This document shows, piece by piece, positions 1 to 9,200 of a stretch of 36,633 nucleotides of DNA. The stretch is taken from the NCBI GenBank assembly GCA_020354275.1, contig CP070645.1:258497-295129 (forward strand), given 5' to 3'. Source of the DNA: Dehalococcoidales bacterium. GTDB lineage: Bacteria > Chloroflexota > Dehalococcoidia > Dehalococcoidales > UBA2162. Below the pieces are notes generated by a model. The model saw only the letters and a list, made by a program, of their open reading frames with translations, had not been told where the DNA came from and made no database searches. Position 1 is the first letter of the stretch. Every line of letters starts with the position of its first letter. The position numbers were made by a program, and so were the translations under genes.

Positions 1-1551
1 CCAGATTTCCCGACACAACATAAGCTGAAAGCTAACAGCCCCATTATCAGATGGCTGGAACGAGAAAAGCGGTACCTCCAGAACAGAGAAATTGATGTCA
101 TGCCCAGATTACTGTCTATGGGACCCAACGAACGTGAGGTTGTACGCAATCTGGAAGGAGAACTTTACATACCGCTGAATGCCCAGGATAGACTAATAGG
201 TATTTTAATATTAGGCCAGAAACTTTCCCAGCAACTATTTACCACCCGTGATTTACAGCTGCTTTCAACGGTAAGTACGCAGATTGCCGTCAGCCTGGAA
301 AACGCCAGGCTATATCAAAGGGAAAAGCAACGTGCCGGCGAACTGGCCATGTTATACCAGAGTTCAGCGAAGTTGGCTTCGGAGCTCGATCTGAACCTCC
401 TGTACCAAAAGATAACGGAGGAAACCGCAAAATTGCTACAGGCAGATGCCGTGGTCTTCCTTAATATAGATGATGTCAAACGTAGGTTGTCATTCCAAGC
501 ATCCACCGGCCTTAACAACACCAATCCTCAAGGAATTGATCTACCTGTACCCCAGGAAATACCAGAGGAACTGTCTAATTACCTGAGGGCAGAAAATGAA
601 GTTTTCATTATTAATGACGTAAATACCCATCCTGTTAACAGAATCCGGTTTTTCCAGCAAGAGCAAATTCGCTCGATTCTGGGAATACCGATAACAGAAT
701 CGGGTAAGCTGGTAAGTGCCATTGTTATCTTTTCCAGAGAAACACCTAGACGGTTTACCGATGAAGAAGTAAATATGGCCCTTACTTTTTGCCGCAACGC
801 TGCTCTCGCCATAGAAAATGCCCATCTCTACGGGATCGAACGTAAACAGCGTTTGGAGTTAGAAAGGCTTGATGAGATGAGGTCGAACTTCTTCATCGCC
901 GTTTCCCATGAACTCAAGACTCCACTTACCGCCATCAAAGGTGCCGGCGAGATAATACTTAACGAGCAGGGAGTCAACCTGGACGGCCCCGAAGCCGAGC
1001 TTTTTAACATCATTAACCGTAATGTCCAGAGGATGGAAACCAGGATTCAGGAATTACTGGACTTTGTTAAGATACAGAGCGATACATTGCAGCTGGATTT
1101 AAAGGCCGAGGATGTTAACCAGGCCATCGAGGAATCCACTACAGTTAACCTGCCAACGCTGTGGTCAAGAAAGCAGACCCTGGAAACAGATTTGCTGCCT
1201 TCACCAACCACGGTCATGCTGGACCACAACCGCTTTGAACAGATACTGGCCAACCTTCTTTCCAATGCCAGCAAGTACAGCCCGCGGGGCAGTGAAATAA
1301 CCGTAGAAACACGAATAGAAGACTCCAAGGTTATTATAGACGTAAGTGACCGGGGCCGCGGCGTGCCACCGGAATTCCGCGAGCAAATCTTTGAATCCTA
1401 CTTCCGGGTAGAAAACAACACGTCCGGGCTTGGCATCGGCCTCAGTATTGCCAGAAAACTGACCGAGTTGCACGGCGGACAGATGTGGGTAAGTGACCGG
1501 GACGGCGGCGGCAGCACATTCTCTTTCTCCCTGCCTATCGAACAGAACTAG
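1..1551 (+). CDS. GAF-domain sensor histidine kinase, 5' end runs off the window
   Basis: The reading frame is open from nt 1 (PDFPTQHKLKANSPIIRWLEREKRYLQNREIDV precedes the first Met at 100). It has GAF-like segments and the H-box FFIAVSHELKTPLTAIKG. HATPase_c motifs are NLLSNASKYSP, DRGRGVP and GLGIGLSIARKLTELHGG. No TM segment occurs in the visible part. Confidence 0.85.
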   Translation, partial: PDFPTQHKLKANSPIIRWLEREKRYLQNREIDVMPRLLSMGPNEREVVRNLEGELYIPLNAQDRLIGILILGQKLSQQLFTTRDLQLLSTVSTQIAVSLENARLYQREKQRAGELAMLYQSSAKLASELDLNLLYQKITEETAKLLQADAVVFLNIDDVKRRLSFQASTGLNNTNPQGIDLPVPQEIPEELSNYLRAENEVFIINDVNTHPVNRIRFFQQEQIRSILGIPITESGKLVSAIVIFSRETPRRFTDEEVNMALTFCRNAALAIENAHLYGIERKQRLELERLDEMRSNFFIAVSHELKTPLTAIKGAGEIILNEQGVNLDGPEAELFNIINRNVQRMETRIQELLDFVKIQSDTLQLDLKAEDVNQAIEESTTVNLPTLWSRKQTLETDLLPSPTTVMLDHNRFEQILANLLSNASKYSPRGSEITVETRIEDSKVIIDVSDRGRGVPPEFREQIFESYFRVENNTSGLGIGLSIARKLTELHGGQMWVSDRDGGGSTFSFSLPIEQN

Positions 1552-2129
1552 ATAACCCGGGTGTTCACCCGGCAAGCATAAGGTAACAGTCCGTGCGGCA
1601 GTGTTTACCAAGCAAATCCGGTTCGTAATCTCACACTTGGCCAATAGTTTCCAGGTTTAACAAATAATCAGCTATCTACCAGACTTAACCCGACCTGAAA
1701 CCTGCCTTGAAGATACCGTTTTATTAGACCTGTTCATCCTGATTCCTCAGAATACAGTCCTTATCCTTCACCCTTTCCCCAATTATTGTTTATACCTCTA
1801 CCGTAAAAACACTAAAACACCGCTGAATTTCATCGTAAATTGACCGTGACGACTCCCCTACTGCAATTTAATATGTACCCGACCTTGATTCACCAGCCCC
1901 GAATTATCAGATCTACAAATTAGAAATAAATATCACCGGGCATGAGAAATTCTACCCAGAATGGCTTTAGTTAGTTATACCCACTGAATCTTTACCTGAA
2001 TCTACCTGCTTCATTACCGAATAACAACTATCCTAACTATATTTTTTATTAACCAGTGCTATCCTAATCTCATACAACAGGACAAGTTTTAAAACAAACC
2101 AAATCAGTTGGTTAAGGAGATGATTCGAT

Positions 2130-2465
2130 ATGGTAGTAGCTGAGAGACGAATCACCGATGTTGAGAATCTGAATGTGCCCAGCCTTGATGAAGTGGTTAC
2201 CGTAATCAGGGTAAACGGCGGCCTGTTCCTCAAACCGAGACAGGCAGCAGAGGTGGCCTCCAGGTTATCACCACTCTCCCGGCGTGAAATAGAGATCCTC
2301 GACTATGTAGCCGATGGACACTCCAATAAACAGATATCTCACCGTTTCGACATCAGTGAACATACAGTAAAGAACCACCTCACCACTATTATGCAAAAAC
2401 TCAATGCCAAAGACCGTACCCATGCCGTAGTTACGGCATTGCGTGAGGGATGGCTCTCAATATAG
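2130..2465 (+). CDS. small LuxR/FixJ-family HTH transcriptional regulator (no receiver domain)
   Basis: The C-terminal HTH is LSRREIEILDYVADGHSNKQISHRFDISEHTVKNHLTTIMQKLNAKDRTHAV. AAGGAG at 2114..2119 precedes ATG 2130. The N-terminal ~45 aa has no domain I recognise. Confidence 0.8.
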   Translation: MVVAERRITDVENLNVPSLDEVVTVIRVNGGLFLKPRQAAEVASRLSPLSRREIEILDYVADGHSNKQISHRFDISEHTVKNHLTTIMQKLNAKDRTHAVVTALREGWLSI

Positions 2466-2493
2466 TCCTTAATACATAAGTAAGGAGGAAACT

Positions 2494-3177
2494 TTGACTG
2501 ATAAATCAATAAAACAAAAAATCGGGGTCTTCCTCGTAGCTGAGAGTTCGATTGCGCGCCAAGGTGCTGCCGCAATAATATCCCAACAAGACGACATGGA
2601 AATGATAGGGCAAGCCGGTGATACCGACGAAGCCTTTTCATTAACCGGTGATATTACATCGAGGATGGTGGTACTGCGGGTCCTCCCCCCTAAAGGTAGT
2701 TTTGAGGTAGTCCACCGGCTCAGAGATATCTCGCCGGAGACATCAGTTATTGTCCTGGCAGAATTTGAAGATGATGAGGGACTTTTCCAGGCAGCTTTAG
2801 CGGGAGTATCGGCATACCTGACCAAGGGGTGTGCTAACGAACAACTGTTAAGCACCATCAGAACAGTAGCTAGTGGTGAGCAGCTTATATGCCGTAATAT
2901 ACTCAATCGGCCCAGGGTTGCCGCCAAAATCCTGGAACGATTCCGGGAGTTGTCATCAATCACAAAAGGCCTTGAACCGCTGGTGGCACCTTTATCATCT
3001 ATTGAAGAAGAAGTACTACGTCTAGTTGCTACTGGCAACCCGGTGGAAACGGTGGCCTATGAGCTTAATGCTAGCCAAAAAGTAGTAGTTAACCACATTA
3101 CCTCAATCATGCATAAGCTCGATGTTAACCAACGGACCCACCAGGCGGTTGCTTCACTTCTGGTTAATCAGTCATGA
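2494..3177 (+). CDS. NarL/FixJ-type regulator with atypical (pseudo-)receiver domain and LuxR HTH
   Basis: TTG start at 2494 follows AGGAGG at 2483..2488. It has a receiver-like fold (IGVFLVAES..., VVLRVLPPKG, VIVLAEF, AYLTK). The phospho-acceptor position reads Arg (codon 62, nt 2677..2679) and the acidic pair reads AE. The C-terminal LuxR-like HTH is LSSIEEEVLRLVATGNPVETVAYELNASQKVVVNHITSIMHKLDVNQRTHQAV. Confidence 0.75.
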   Translation: MTDKSIKQKIGVFLVAESSIARQGAAAIISQQDDMEMIGQAGDTDEAFSLTGDITSRMVVLRVLPPKGSFEVVHRLRDISPETSVIVLAEFEDDEGLFQAALAGVSAYLTKGCANEQLLSTIRTVASGEQLICRNILNRPRVAAKILERFRELSSITKGLEPLVAPLSSIEEEVLRLVATGNPVETVAYELNASQKVVVNHITSIMHKLDVNQRTHQAVASLLVNQS

Positions 3178-3215
3178 GATTAAAAGGGTATTCTTATATT
3201 TCGAGGTGAATTGTC

Positions 3216-4049
3216 ATGGTAGTAAGTAAAAAGAAGGTAGCCTATATCGGGGGACGGGAGTTTGAGATAGTTAAGGACGGACTTTCCCAATCCCAGGTAG
3301 ATACCTTCATTACCAAGCTTATGGAGCAAAACCAGTCTCTTATCAGGAAAACAGAACAGCTTGCTGTACTGGAGAAACTGGCCGAACAGACTATCGCCGA
3401 AGCCGACAAACTGGCGGAAAGTATCAAGAGTAAAGCCCAGGAAGAGGCTGCCTATATAGTACAGATGGCAACAACGGAAGCTGAAGAAATGATAAGGGAT
3501 GCCAGAGAAGATAGCAAACAAGCACTGGTAGTTAGCCGTGAACGCCTGGAGAGTAAACTCAAAGAAAAGGCAAATGAAATATACTTGAAAATACTCAACC
3601 GGTTGGAAGGAACCATATCCGAGGTATGGTCAGCAGACCTTATCGGGGAAGGAGTGGTCACTCAATCAGCGCGGCCACAGATTCCAGCCCAATACCCGGC
3701 TAATATTATTGAGGAACCAGTCGCGGAAAGACCCCTACCTGGTCTCTACGAAGGGAAAGTAAACCTGGATATAGTACCACCGGTTGACCTGGCCAAGTTT
3801 ATGAACTTCAGGAAAGAAATTAAGAATATCCCTCAACTAAGAATATTACATGTATCCAGCTCGCAGAAAAGGGGAGGGACAATCAGCATTCTATTGACGG
3901 AACCCACTCCTCTACTAGACATCTTAAACGGTATAACCGATGTGGAAGACGTAGTAGCAGATAAATGTTCCCAGACTGGGACTACAGCAGAATCACAGCA
4001 GATTGAACCAATACCGAAAATATCAATAGTGTTAGCCTTTGATGAGTAA
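3216..4049 (+). CDS. DivIVA-like coiled-coil protein with conserved unknown C-terminal domain (short paralog)
   Basis: GAGGTG at 3203..3208 precedes ATG 3216. The N-terminal motif FEIVKDGLSQSQVDTFITKL resembles the DivIVA N-terminus. About five 11-residue repeats follow (EKLAEQTIAEA / DKLAESIKSKA / QEEAAYIVQMA / TTEAEEMIRDA). The C-terminal block YEGKVNLDIVPPVDLAKFMNFRKEIKNIPQLRIL is shared with the next gene. Confidence 0.7.
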   Translation: MVVSKKKVAYIGGREFEIVKDGLSQSQVDTFITKLMEQNQSLIRKTEQLAVLEKLAEQTIAEADKLAESIKSKAQEEAAYIVQMATTEAEEMIRDAREDSKQALVVSRERLESKLKEKANEIYLKILNRLEGTISEVWSADLIGEGVVTQSARPQIPAQYPANIIEEPVAERPLPGLYEGKVNLDIVPPVDLAKFMNFRKEIKNIPQLRILHVSSSQKRGGTISILLTEPTPLLDILNGITDVEDVVADKCSQTGTTAESQQIEPIPKISIVLAFDE

Positions 4050-4145
4050 ACTTAGACAGATACTATTTTACTATAACTATACCACCCAAAGTACCATTGT
4101 AATCACTACTAAAGCTCCGTAAAATTTAGATTCAGGGGGATTAAT

Positions 4146-5750
4146 ATGAAAAGTAGCGAGGTGAAACTATTCGACGGGCAGGAATTCCAGAGAGTTAAAT
4201 GGGGGCTAGCCGAAGACCAGGTTGTTAGTTATATCAATAAACTTATCAGAGAACGTGACAATTTACTGGAACGGCAACAACACCTTAATTCACTCCAGAT
4301 GCTCGCAGAAAAGACTGTAACCGAAGCAAATGAGCTCGCACAACAGATCAGGCAGGAGTCTCAGGCTGAGGCCAAGAATTTGGTAACCGAGGCTGAAAAG
4401 AAGGCCGGTGAAACCCTCAGTCAGGCTCAACTTGAAGCTGAGAGCACACTGGCCCAGGCAAATGAGCTGGTTGAGCAGGCAGTTGCCGATGTCAACGACC
4501 TGGCCCTGCAGATCAAGCGGCAGGCTCAGACTGAGGCTAACGAAATACTGGAAGAGGCCGAAGAGAAGGTTCGTGAAACCATTGCTGAAGCCCAATTGGA
4601 AGCTGAGGAAACCACTACCCAAGCCAAAGAACTGGCCGAAAAAGCCATAACAGAAGCCTCGGAATTATCCGAAAAGACGATAACACAGGCCAACGAGGAA
4701 TCTGAGAAGGTGGTAACAGAGGCCAGTCAACTGGCTGAGAAAATCAGGCAAGACGCCCGGACTCAGGCTAATACAATAACAGAAGAGGCCGAAGAGAAAG
4801 CGAACGAAACCCTTAACGAGGCCCAACAGGAAGCTGAGAAAACCACCGCTCAGGCTAATGAAACGGCGGAGAAGACTTTAGCAGAAGCCAAGGAACTGGC
4901 TGAGAATATCAGTCAAGAAGCCCAGAACCAGGCGGCCAAGATAATCGAAGAGGCTGAAGAAGAAGCCAGCGGGATTATACATGAAGCGCAGAAACAGGCT
5001 GAAGAAGAAGCTGAAGAGAAAGTGGCCTTAGCGATGGAAAATTCAAAACATGAAGCCGCCGCTATTGTAGAAACAGCCAAGAAGAGCATTTCCAGTGAGA
5101 TTGAGGATTTCCACAGCAGGTTCAGTAACCGGCTACAGAATCTCATCTCCGAAATAGCAGCCTACCAGGATATAGTAGACTCCGCAGAGGTGGAAACAGA
5201 AGAGGACAAAGTAGAAGCGTTGTCCCAATCAATCCCCTTTACAGAAGTGGGCGACTCAAGCAACAACGGTAACAATGAAGATCTGGCAATGGACGGAGAC
5301 TTCGAATCCGATTTAGCCCTGGCGGTTATGAATCAAGAAGAAATTGCCGAAGACCCCGCAATAACCGATTCTGAATACGTCACGGCTGAGCCCACTCAGT
5401 CATCAGATGGCACTGTTCTCTATCAAGGCGAGATAGAGCTGGCAATGCCACCGCCAGTAGACATGGCACAACTGATTCGCTTCAGGAGGAACCTGCAAAG
5501 TATCAAACACCTGAAAGTCCTACGCACGACGGGTTCATGGAACGAAGGTAGTATCATTACTACCCTCATTGATAAACCACTACCGCTGATTGACTTACTC
5601 ATCGAAATGCCTGAGGTAGAAAAAGCGGAGTTATTGGCTATTGACGATGACGCTGATACCGACTTCGCTTCAGGGGAAGCAAATGAGGCTAGAAGTGATG
5701 ATTTACCGAAGAAACGGATAGTTGTCACCCTGATTGAAGATATTGGATAA
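4146..5750 (+). CDS. DivIVA-like coiled-coil protein, expanded hendecad-repeat paralog with the same C-terminal domain
   Basis: The N-terminal motif is FQRVKWGLAEDQVVSYINKLI. It has 21 consecutive 11-residue repeats and an acidic linker. The C-terminal block YQGEIELAMPPPVDMAQLIRFRRNLQSIKHLKVL is paralogous to 3744..3956. Confidence 0.7.
   Translation: MKSSEVKLFDGQEFQRVKWGLAEDQVVSYINKLIRERDNLLERQQHLNSLQMLAEKTVTEANELAQQIRQESQAEAKNLVTEAEKKAGETLSQAQLEAESTLAQANELVEQAVADVNDLALQIKRQAQTEANEILEEAEEKVRETIAEAQLEAEETTTQAKELAEKAITEASELSEKTITQANEESEKVVTEASQLAEKIRQDARTQANTITEEAEEKANETLNEAQQEAEKTTAQANETAEKTLAEAKELAENISQEAQNQAAKIIEEAEEEASGIIHEAQKQAEEEAEEKVALAMENSKHEAAAIVETAKKSISSEIEDFHSRFSNRLQNLISEIAAYQDIVDSAEVETEEDKVEALSQSIPFTEVGDSSNNGNNEDLAMDGDFESDLALAVMNQEEIAEDPAITDSEYVTAEPTQSSDGTVLYQGEIELAMPPPVDMAQLIRFRRNLQSIKHLKVLRTTGSWNEGSIITTLIDKPLPLIDLLIEMPEVEKAELLAIDDDADTDFASGEANEARSDDLPKKRIVVTLIEDIG
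4329..5021 (+). repeat. coding repeat: 21 in-register 11-codon (hendecad) units
   Basis: Residues 62..292 of the 534-aa protein split into 21 blocks of exactly 11 aa. The consensus is x-E-x-A-E-x-[TI]-[LI]-x-[EQ]-A, for example KELAEKAITEA / SELSEKTITQA / NEESEKVVTEA / SQLAEKIRQDA. Four larger 44-aa super-units begin at aa 62, 117, 194 and 249. Confidence 0.85.
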
Positions 5751-5770
5751 AAGGGAGAAGGGCAGAAATA

Positions 5771-7468
5771 ATGTCTATTATCACCACGGTAAACAGAAAC
5801 CTTGGTGACATACTGGTCCAGGCGGGACTAATTACCCCTGAACAGTTAGAGAATGCCTTGGCGCTGCAGAAGGAAAAAGGCGGTGAGGTTGGCCAGGTTC
5901 TGGTAGAGCAAAATCTAATTACCGCTCAAGAGCTGGCCAGCTTAACCGGTCTGCAGTGGAATATCCCCTATATTGATGTTACGCAACAGCGGATTCAGCC
6001 CGAGGCAATGAAACTCATCCCCGAAGAAATGGCCAGGAAATACAATGTTGTTCCATTAGAAATAGCCGATGGTGCGCTGGTAGTAGCTATGGAACAACCC
6101 TGGAATATCGAGACGATTGGCGACCTTACCATGCAGGCGAGGATGACGATTAGACCGATGCTGGCAGTTGCCGCTGATGTCCAGGAAGCCATTAACCTGA
6201 ACTATAAAGTCAGTAGCGAGCTTGAAGAGCAACTCAGTCACATCTCACTAACCACTGCTGCTCAAGCGAAGATGGATGAGCGTGTTTCTTCTGATGTTAT
6301 TGCCCAGGCTCCTATTGTACGGTCGGTAAGCCTTATCGTGGGACAGGCGGTCAAAGACCGTGCGTCTGATATCCATATCGAACCCCATGAGGACAAGTTG
6401 CGAATTCGTTACCGCATTGATGGCATCCTGCATGATGCTATGTCTTTACCGATGAGTATCCACCTGCCACTCACCTCCCGCCTGAAAATTATGGCCGGAA
6501 TGAATATCGCCGACCGGAGGCGGCCGCAGGATGGCCAGTTTTCATTGAAGGTGGAGGGCAAAGAAGTAGATATTCGCGTCGCCAGTAGCGATACGGTACA
6601 GGGTGAAACCATAGTATTGCGGATATTAGATAAATCATTTGCCCTGTTCGAGTTAGAGCAACTCGGTTTCTCTCTTGGTACTCTGGAGAGATACCGCCAG
6701 GTGCTTAACTCTCCATTTGGCATGATTCTACTCAGCGGTCCTACCGGTTCGGGTAAAACGACGACACTCTACGCCTCGGTGAACCAACTCAATCATAACG
6801 AACGTAATATAATGACCATCGAGGACCCGGTAGAATACCGCTTCAATAACATTACCCAAATCCAGGTAAATCCCCGTGCCGGCATTACCTTCGCTAGTGG
6901 GCTTAGAGCCCTGATGCGCCTTGACCCGGATGTTATTCTGGTTGGAGAAATACGAGATAGCGAAACCGCCCGTATTGCCGTTCAGGCTGCTCTCACCGGG
7001 CACATGGTACTTTCCTCAATCCATGCCAATGATGCTGTTGGCGTCCTTTTCCGTTTGATAGACCTGGGGGTTGAACCATTTCTGGTATCCTCAGCACTGG
7101 TCGGCGTGGTTGCTCAGCGGATGGTACGCCGTGTCTGTCCACACTGCCGCCAATTGACTCCAGCATCCGAAGAAGAACAGATCATATACGAACGGGAAAT
7201 GGCAGAAAAACGAACCGAATTCTACACTGGTGCCGGTTGTAACACCTGCGCCAATACCGGATACCATGGACGGAGTGCCGTGCTGGAGTTGATGGTCATG
7301 AGCGAGCAGTTAAGGCATCTGGTGATGAGCGATGCCCGGGCTGACATAATCCGCAATAAAGCAATTGAGGAGGGAATGGTGCCGGCATGGCGTGATGGCA
7401 TGTTAAAAGTCAAGGAGGGTACTACCACTCCATACGAATTACTGCGCAATGTTTATTCCATCACCTAG
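5771..7468 (+). CDS. pilB: type IV pilus assembly ATPase PilB (GspE family)
   Basis: The N-terminal T2SE_N-like domain reads LGDILVQAGLITPEQLENAL. Walker A is GPTGSGKTT and Walker B is DPDVILVGEIRD. The tetracysteine motif is CPHC...CNTC. It is 565 aa long. Confidence 0.9.
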   Translation: MSIITTVNRNLGDILVQAGLITPEQLENALALQKEKGGEVGQVLVEQNLITAQELASLTGLQWNIPYIDVTQQRIQPEAMKLIPEEMARKYNVVPLEIADGALVVAMEQPWNIETIGDLTMQARMTIRPMLAVAADVQEAINLNYKVSSELEEQLSHISLTTAAQAKMDERVSSDVIAQAPIVRSVSLIVGQAVKDRASDIHIEPHEDKLRIRYRIDGILHDAMSLPMSIHLPLTSRLKIMAGMNIADRRRPQDGQFSLKVEGKEVDIRVASSDTVQGETIVLRILDKSFALFELEQLGFSLGTLERYRQVLNSPFGMILLSGPTGSGKTTTLYASVNQLNHNERNIMTIEDPVEYRFNNITQIQVNPRAGITFASGLRALMRLDPDVILVGEIRDSETARIAVQAALTGHMVLSSIHANDAVGVLFRLIDLGVEPFLVSSALVGVVAQRMVRRVCPHCRQLTPASEEEQIIYEREMAEKRTEFYTGAGCNTCANTGYHGRSAVLELMVMSEQLRHLVMSDARADIIRNKAIEEGMVPAWRDGMLKVKEGTTTPYELLRNVYSIT

Positions 7469-7520
7469 TATCCCGGACAGGATACCCCCGCATAGAACAA
7501 CCTGACTCCCCGGAGAAAAG

Positions 7521-8729
7521 ATGAATTACCAATATGTAGCTTATACCAAGGATTGGAAAATAGTAAAAGGTACTCTGAGTGTCGCTTCAGAGGCAGTGGC
7601 CGAACAGACCCTGATAAGACAGGGCTACCAGCCTATCTCCGTCAAGTCAATGGCGGCTATGCCAAGCATCGAGCAGCTATTTCCTTCACTTTTTACCGTT
7701 AAACCCAAAGAGGTAATCATGTTCGCACGTCAGCTGTCGACATTGCTCGAAGCTAGCATCAGCCTGGTCCCCGGTCTCCAGATGCTCCAAGAACAAATTA
7801 CCAACCGGTTGTTCAAGAAGGTAGTTGGTACCATGCTTGATGACATTCGGGCTGGTAATTCATTTTCTGATGCGCTGACCAAACATAGTAATATCTTCGG
7901 AGAAGTATTCTGCAAACTGGTTGCCGTTGGCGAGCAAACGGGTAGCCTTGAAATCTCGCTGAAACAGGCATCCAACTACATAGAGAAAGAAGTCCAGGCC
8001 AAGAAGAAGATTAAAAGGGCTTTAACCTACCCTATCATAGTACTGGCCGTAGCTATAGTGGTAATAGGCGTACTAGTCATCTTTGTACTGCCTTCAATGA
8101 TGAGCATGTTTACCTCAATGAACGCCGAGCTACCAATAACAACAAAAATGCTGGTAGCTATCATGAACTTCGTTGAAAGCTACAAGCTTTACCTTTTTGG
8201 TGCAGTAGTATTATCAGTAGTAGGGCTTGTCGTTGGTATTCGGCAGCCGAAAGCACGTTATCAATTGGACCGCCTTCTAATCACACTGCCGGTAATCGGA
8301 ACTGTCAACCTTATGAATGAGATGGCCCGCTTTTGCCAGACCATAACCTTGCTACTACATGCCGGGTTACCCCTGCCCGATATAATAAACATGACACGAC
8401 AAACCAGCAGCAATCGCGTAATACAAAATGCATTGAATGATGTACAAAACGACCTGATAAAGGGAGAGGGATTATCAGTACCCATGAGCAAGCATAGTCT
8501 CTTTCCCCACCTGCTGGTCCAGATGGTAATGGTTGGTGAGGAGAGCGGTAATCTGGAGTCCACCATGAGCATCGTTGCTGAAAGCTATGAGTCCGAAGCT
8601 GATGATAAGATCAGCGGTCTGATTGCCCTCATCGAACCAGCCATGACCATTGGCCTGGCGTTAATGGTGGCTTTTATCGCTCTTTCGGTAATCAGCCCGA
8701 TGTATTCAATTATGGGGGCATTTGGTTAA
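7521..8729 (+). CDS. pilC: type IV pilus platform protein PilC (GspF family)
   Basis: It is 402 aa with two T2SS-F-like halves and three hydrophobic segments. It lies immediately downstream of pilB. Confidence 0.88.
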   Translation: MNYQYVAYTKDWKIVKGTLSVASEAVAEQTLIRQGYQPISVKSMAAMPSIEQLFPSLFTVKPKEVIMFARQLSTLLEASISLVPGLQMLQEQITNRLFKKVVGTMLDDIRAGNSFSDALTKHSNIFGEVFCKLVAVGEQTGSLEISLKQASNYIEKEVQAKKKIKRALTYPIIVLAVAIVVIGVLVIFVLPSMMSMFTSMNAELPITTKMLVAIMNFVESYKLYLFGAVVLSVVGLVVGIRQPKARYQLDRLLITLPVIGTVNLMNEMARFCQTITLLLHAGLPLPDIINMTRQTSSNRVIQNALNDVQNDLIKGEGLSVPMSKHSLFPHLLVQMVMVGEESGNLESTMSIVAESYESEADDKISGLIALIEPAMTIGLALMVAFIALSVISPMYSIMGAFG

Positions 8730-8756
8730 GCCAGCTTTATTAAAGCAGAAATAATT

Positions 8757-9200
8757 ATGCAAATTTTAATTAAGAAAATAACAGCCATTATCAACGGGCA
8801 AAAAGGCTTTACACTGTTAGAGACACTAACGGCACTGGCCTTGCTGGCTATTCTGGGGGTAGTTTTCTATTCCTCCATAGCTACTTCCAGTATTACTATG
8901 GCTAGTGCCGAAGAAAAGGTCCAGATTGATAATCTGGCCAGAGCCCAATTCGAATATACCAAGAAATGCGAATATGTCGAATACATTTATGGTTCGCCGG
9001 ATACGCCACCTGATTACACAACCCTTGATGAACTCGATCCCACTGACCCTTATGCAATCACCCTGCCCGACGGCTATTCTATTGATGTTGCTGCCGTGGC
9101 ACTCCACGTACCCGATGCCGGGGTACAGCAGATAACGGTCAACATATCACGGGACGGAGAAAGCCTGCTGGTAATAGAAGGCTATAAGTTAAACAGATGA
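8757..9200 (+). CDS. prepilin-type minor pilin
   Basis: The class III signal is GQKG/FTLLETLTALALLAILGVVF, with Glu at +5. Confidence 0.75.
   Translation: MQILIKKITAIINGQKGFTLLETLTALALLAILGVVFYSSIATSSITMASAEEKVQIDNLARAQFEYTKKCEYVEYIYGSPDTPPDYTTLDELDPTDPYAITLPDGYSIDVAAVALHVPDAGVQQITVNISRDGESLLVIEGYKLNR

Noticed and set aside
4329-5021. The periodic repeat might be a CRISPR array or a non-coding tandem repeat.
   Set aside because: It lies in a single long ORF with a coherent amphipathic 11-aa pattern. The units are diverged at the nucleotide level, and there is no spacer/repeat alternation.
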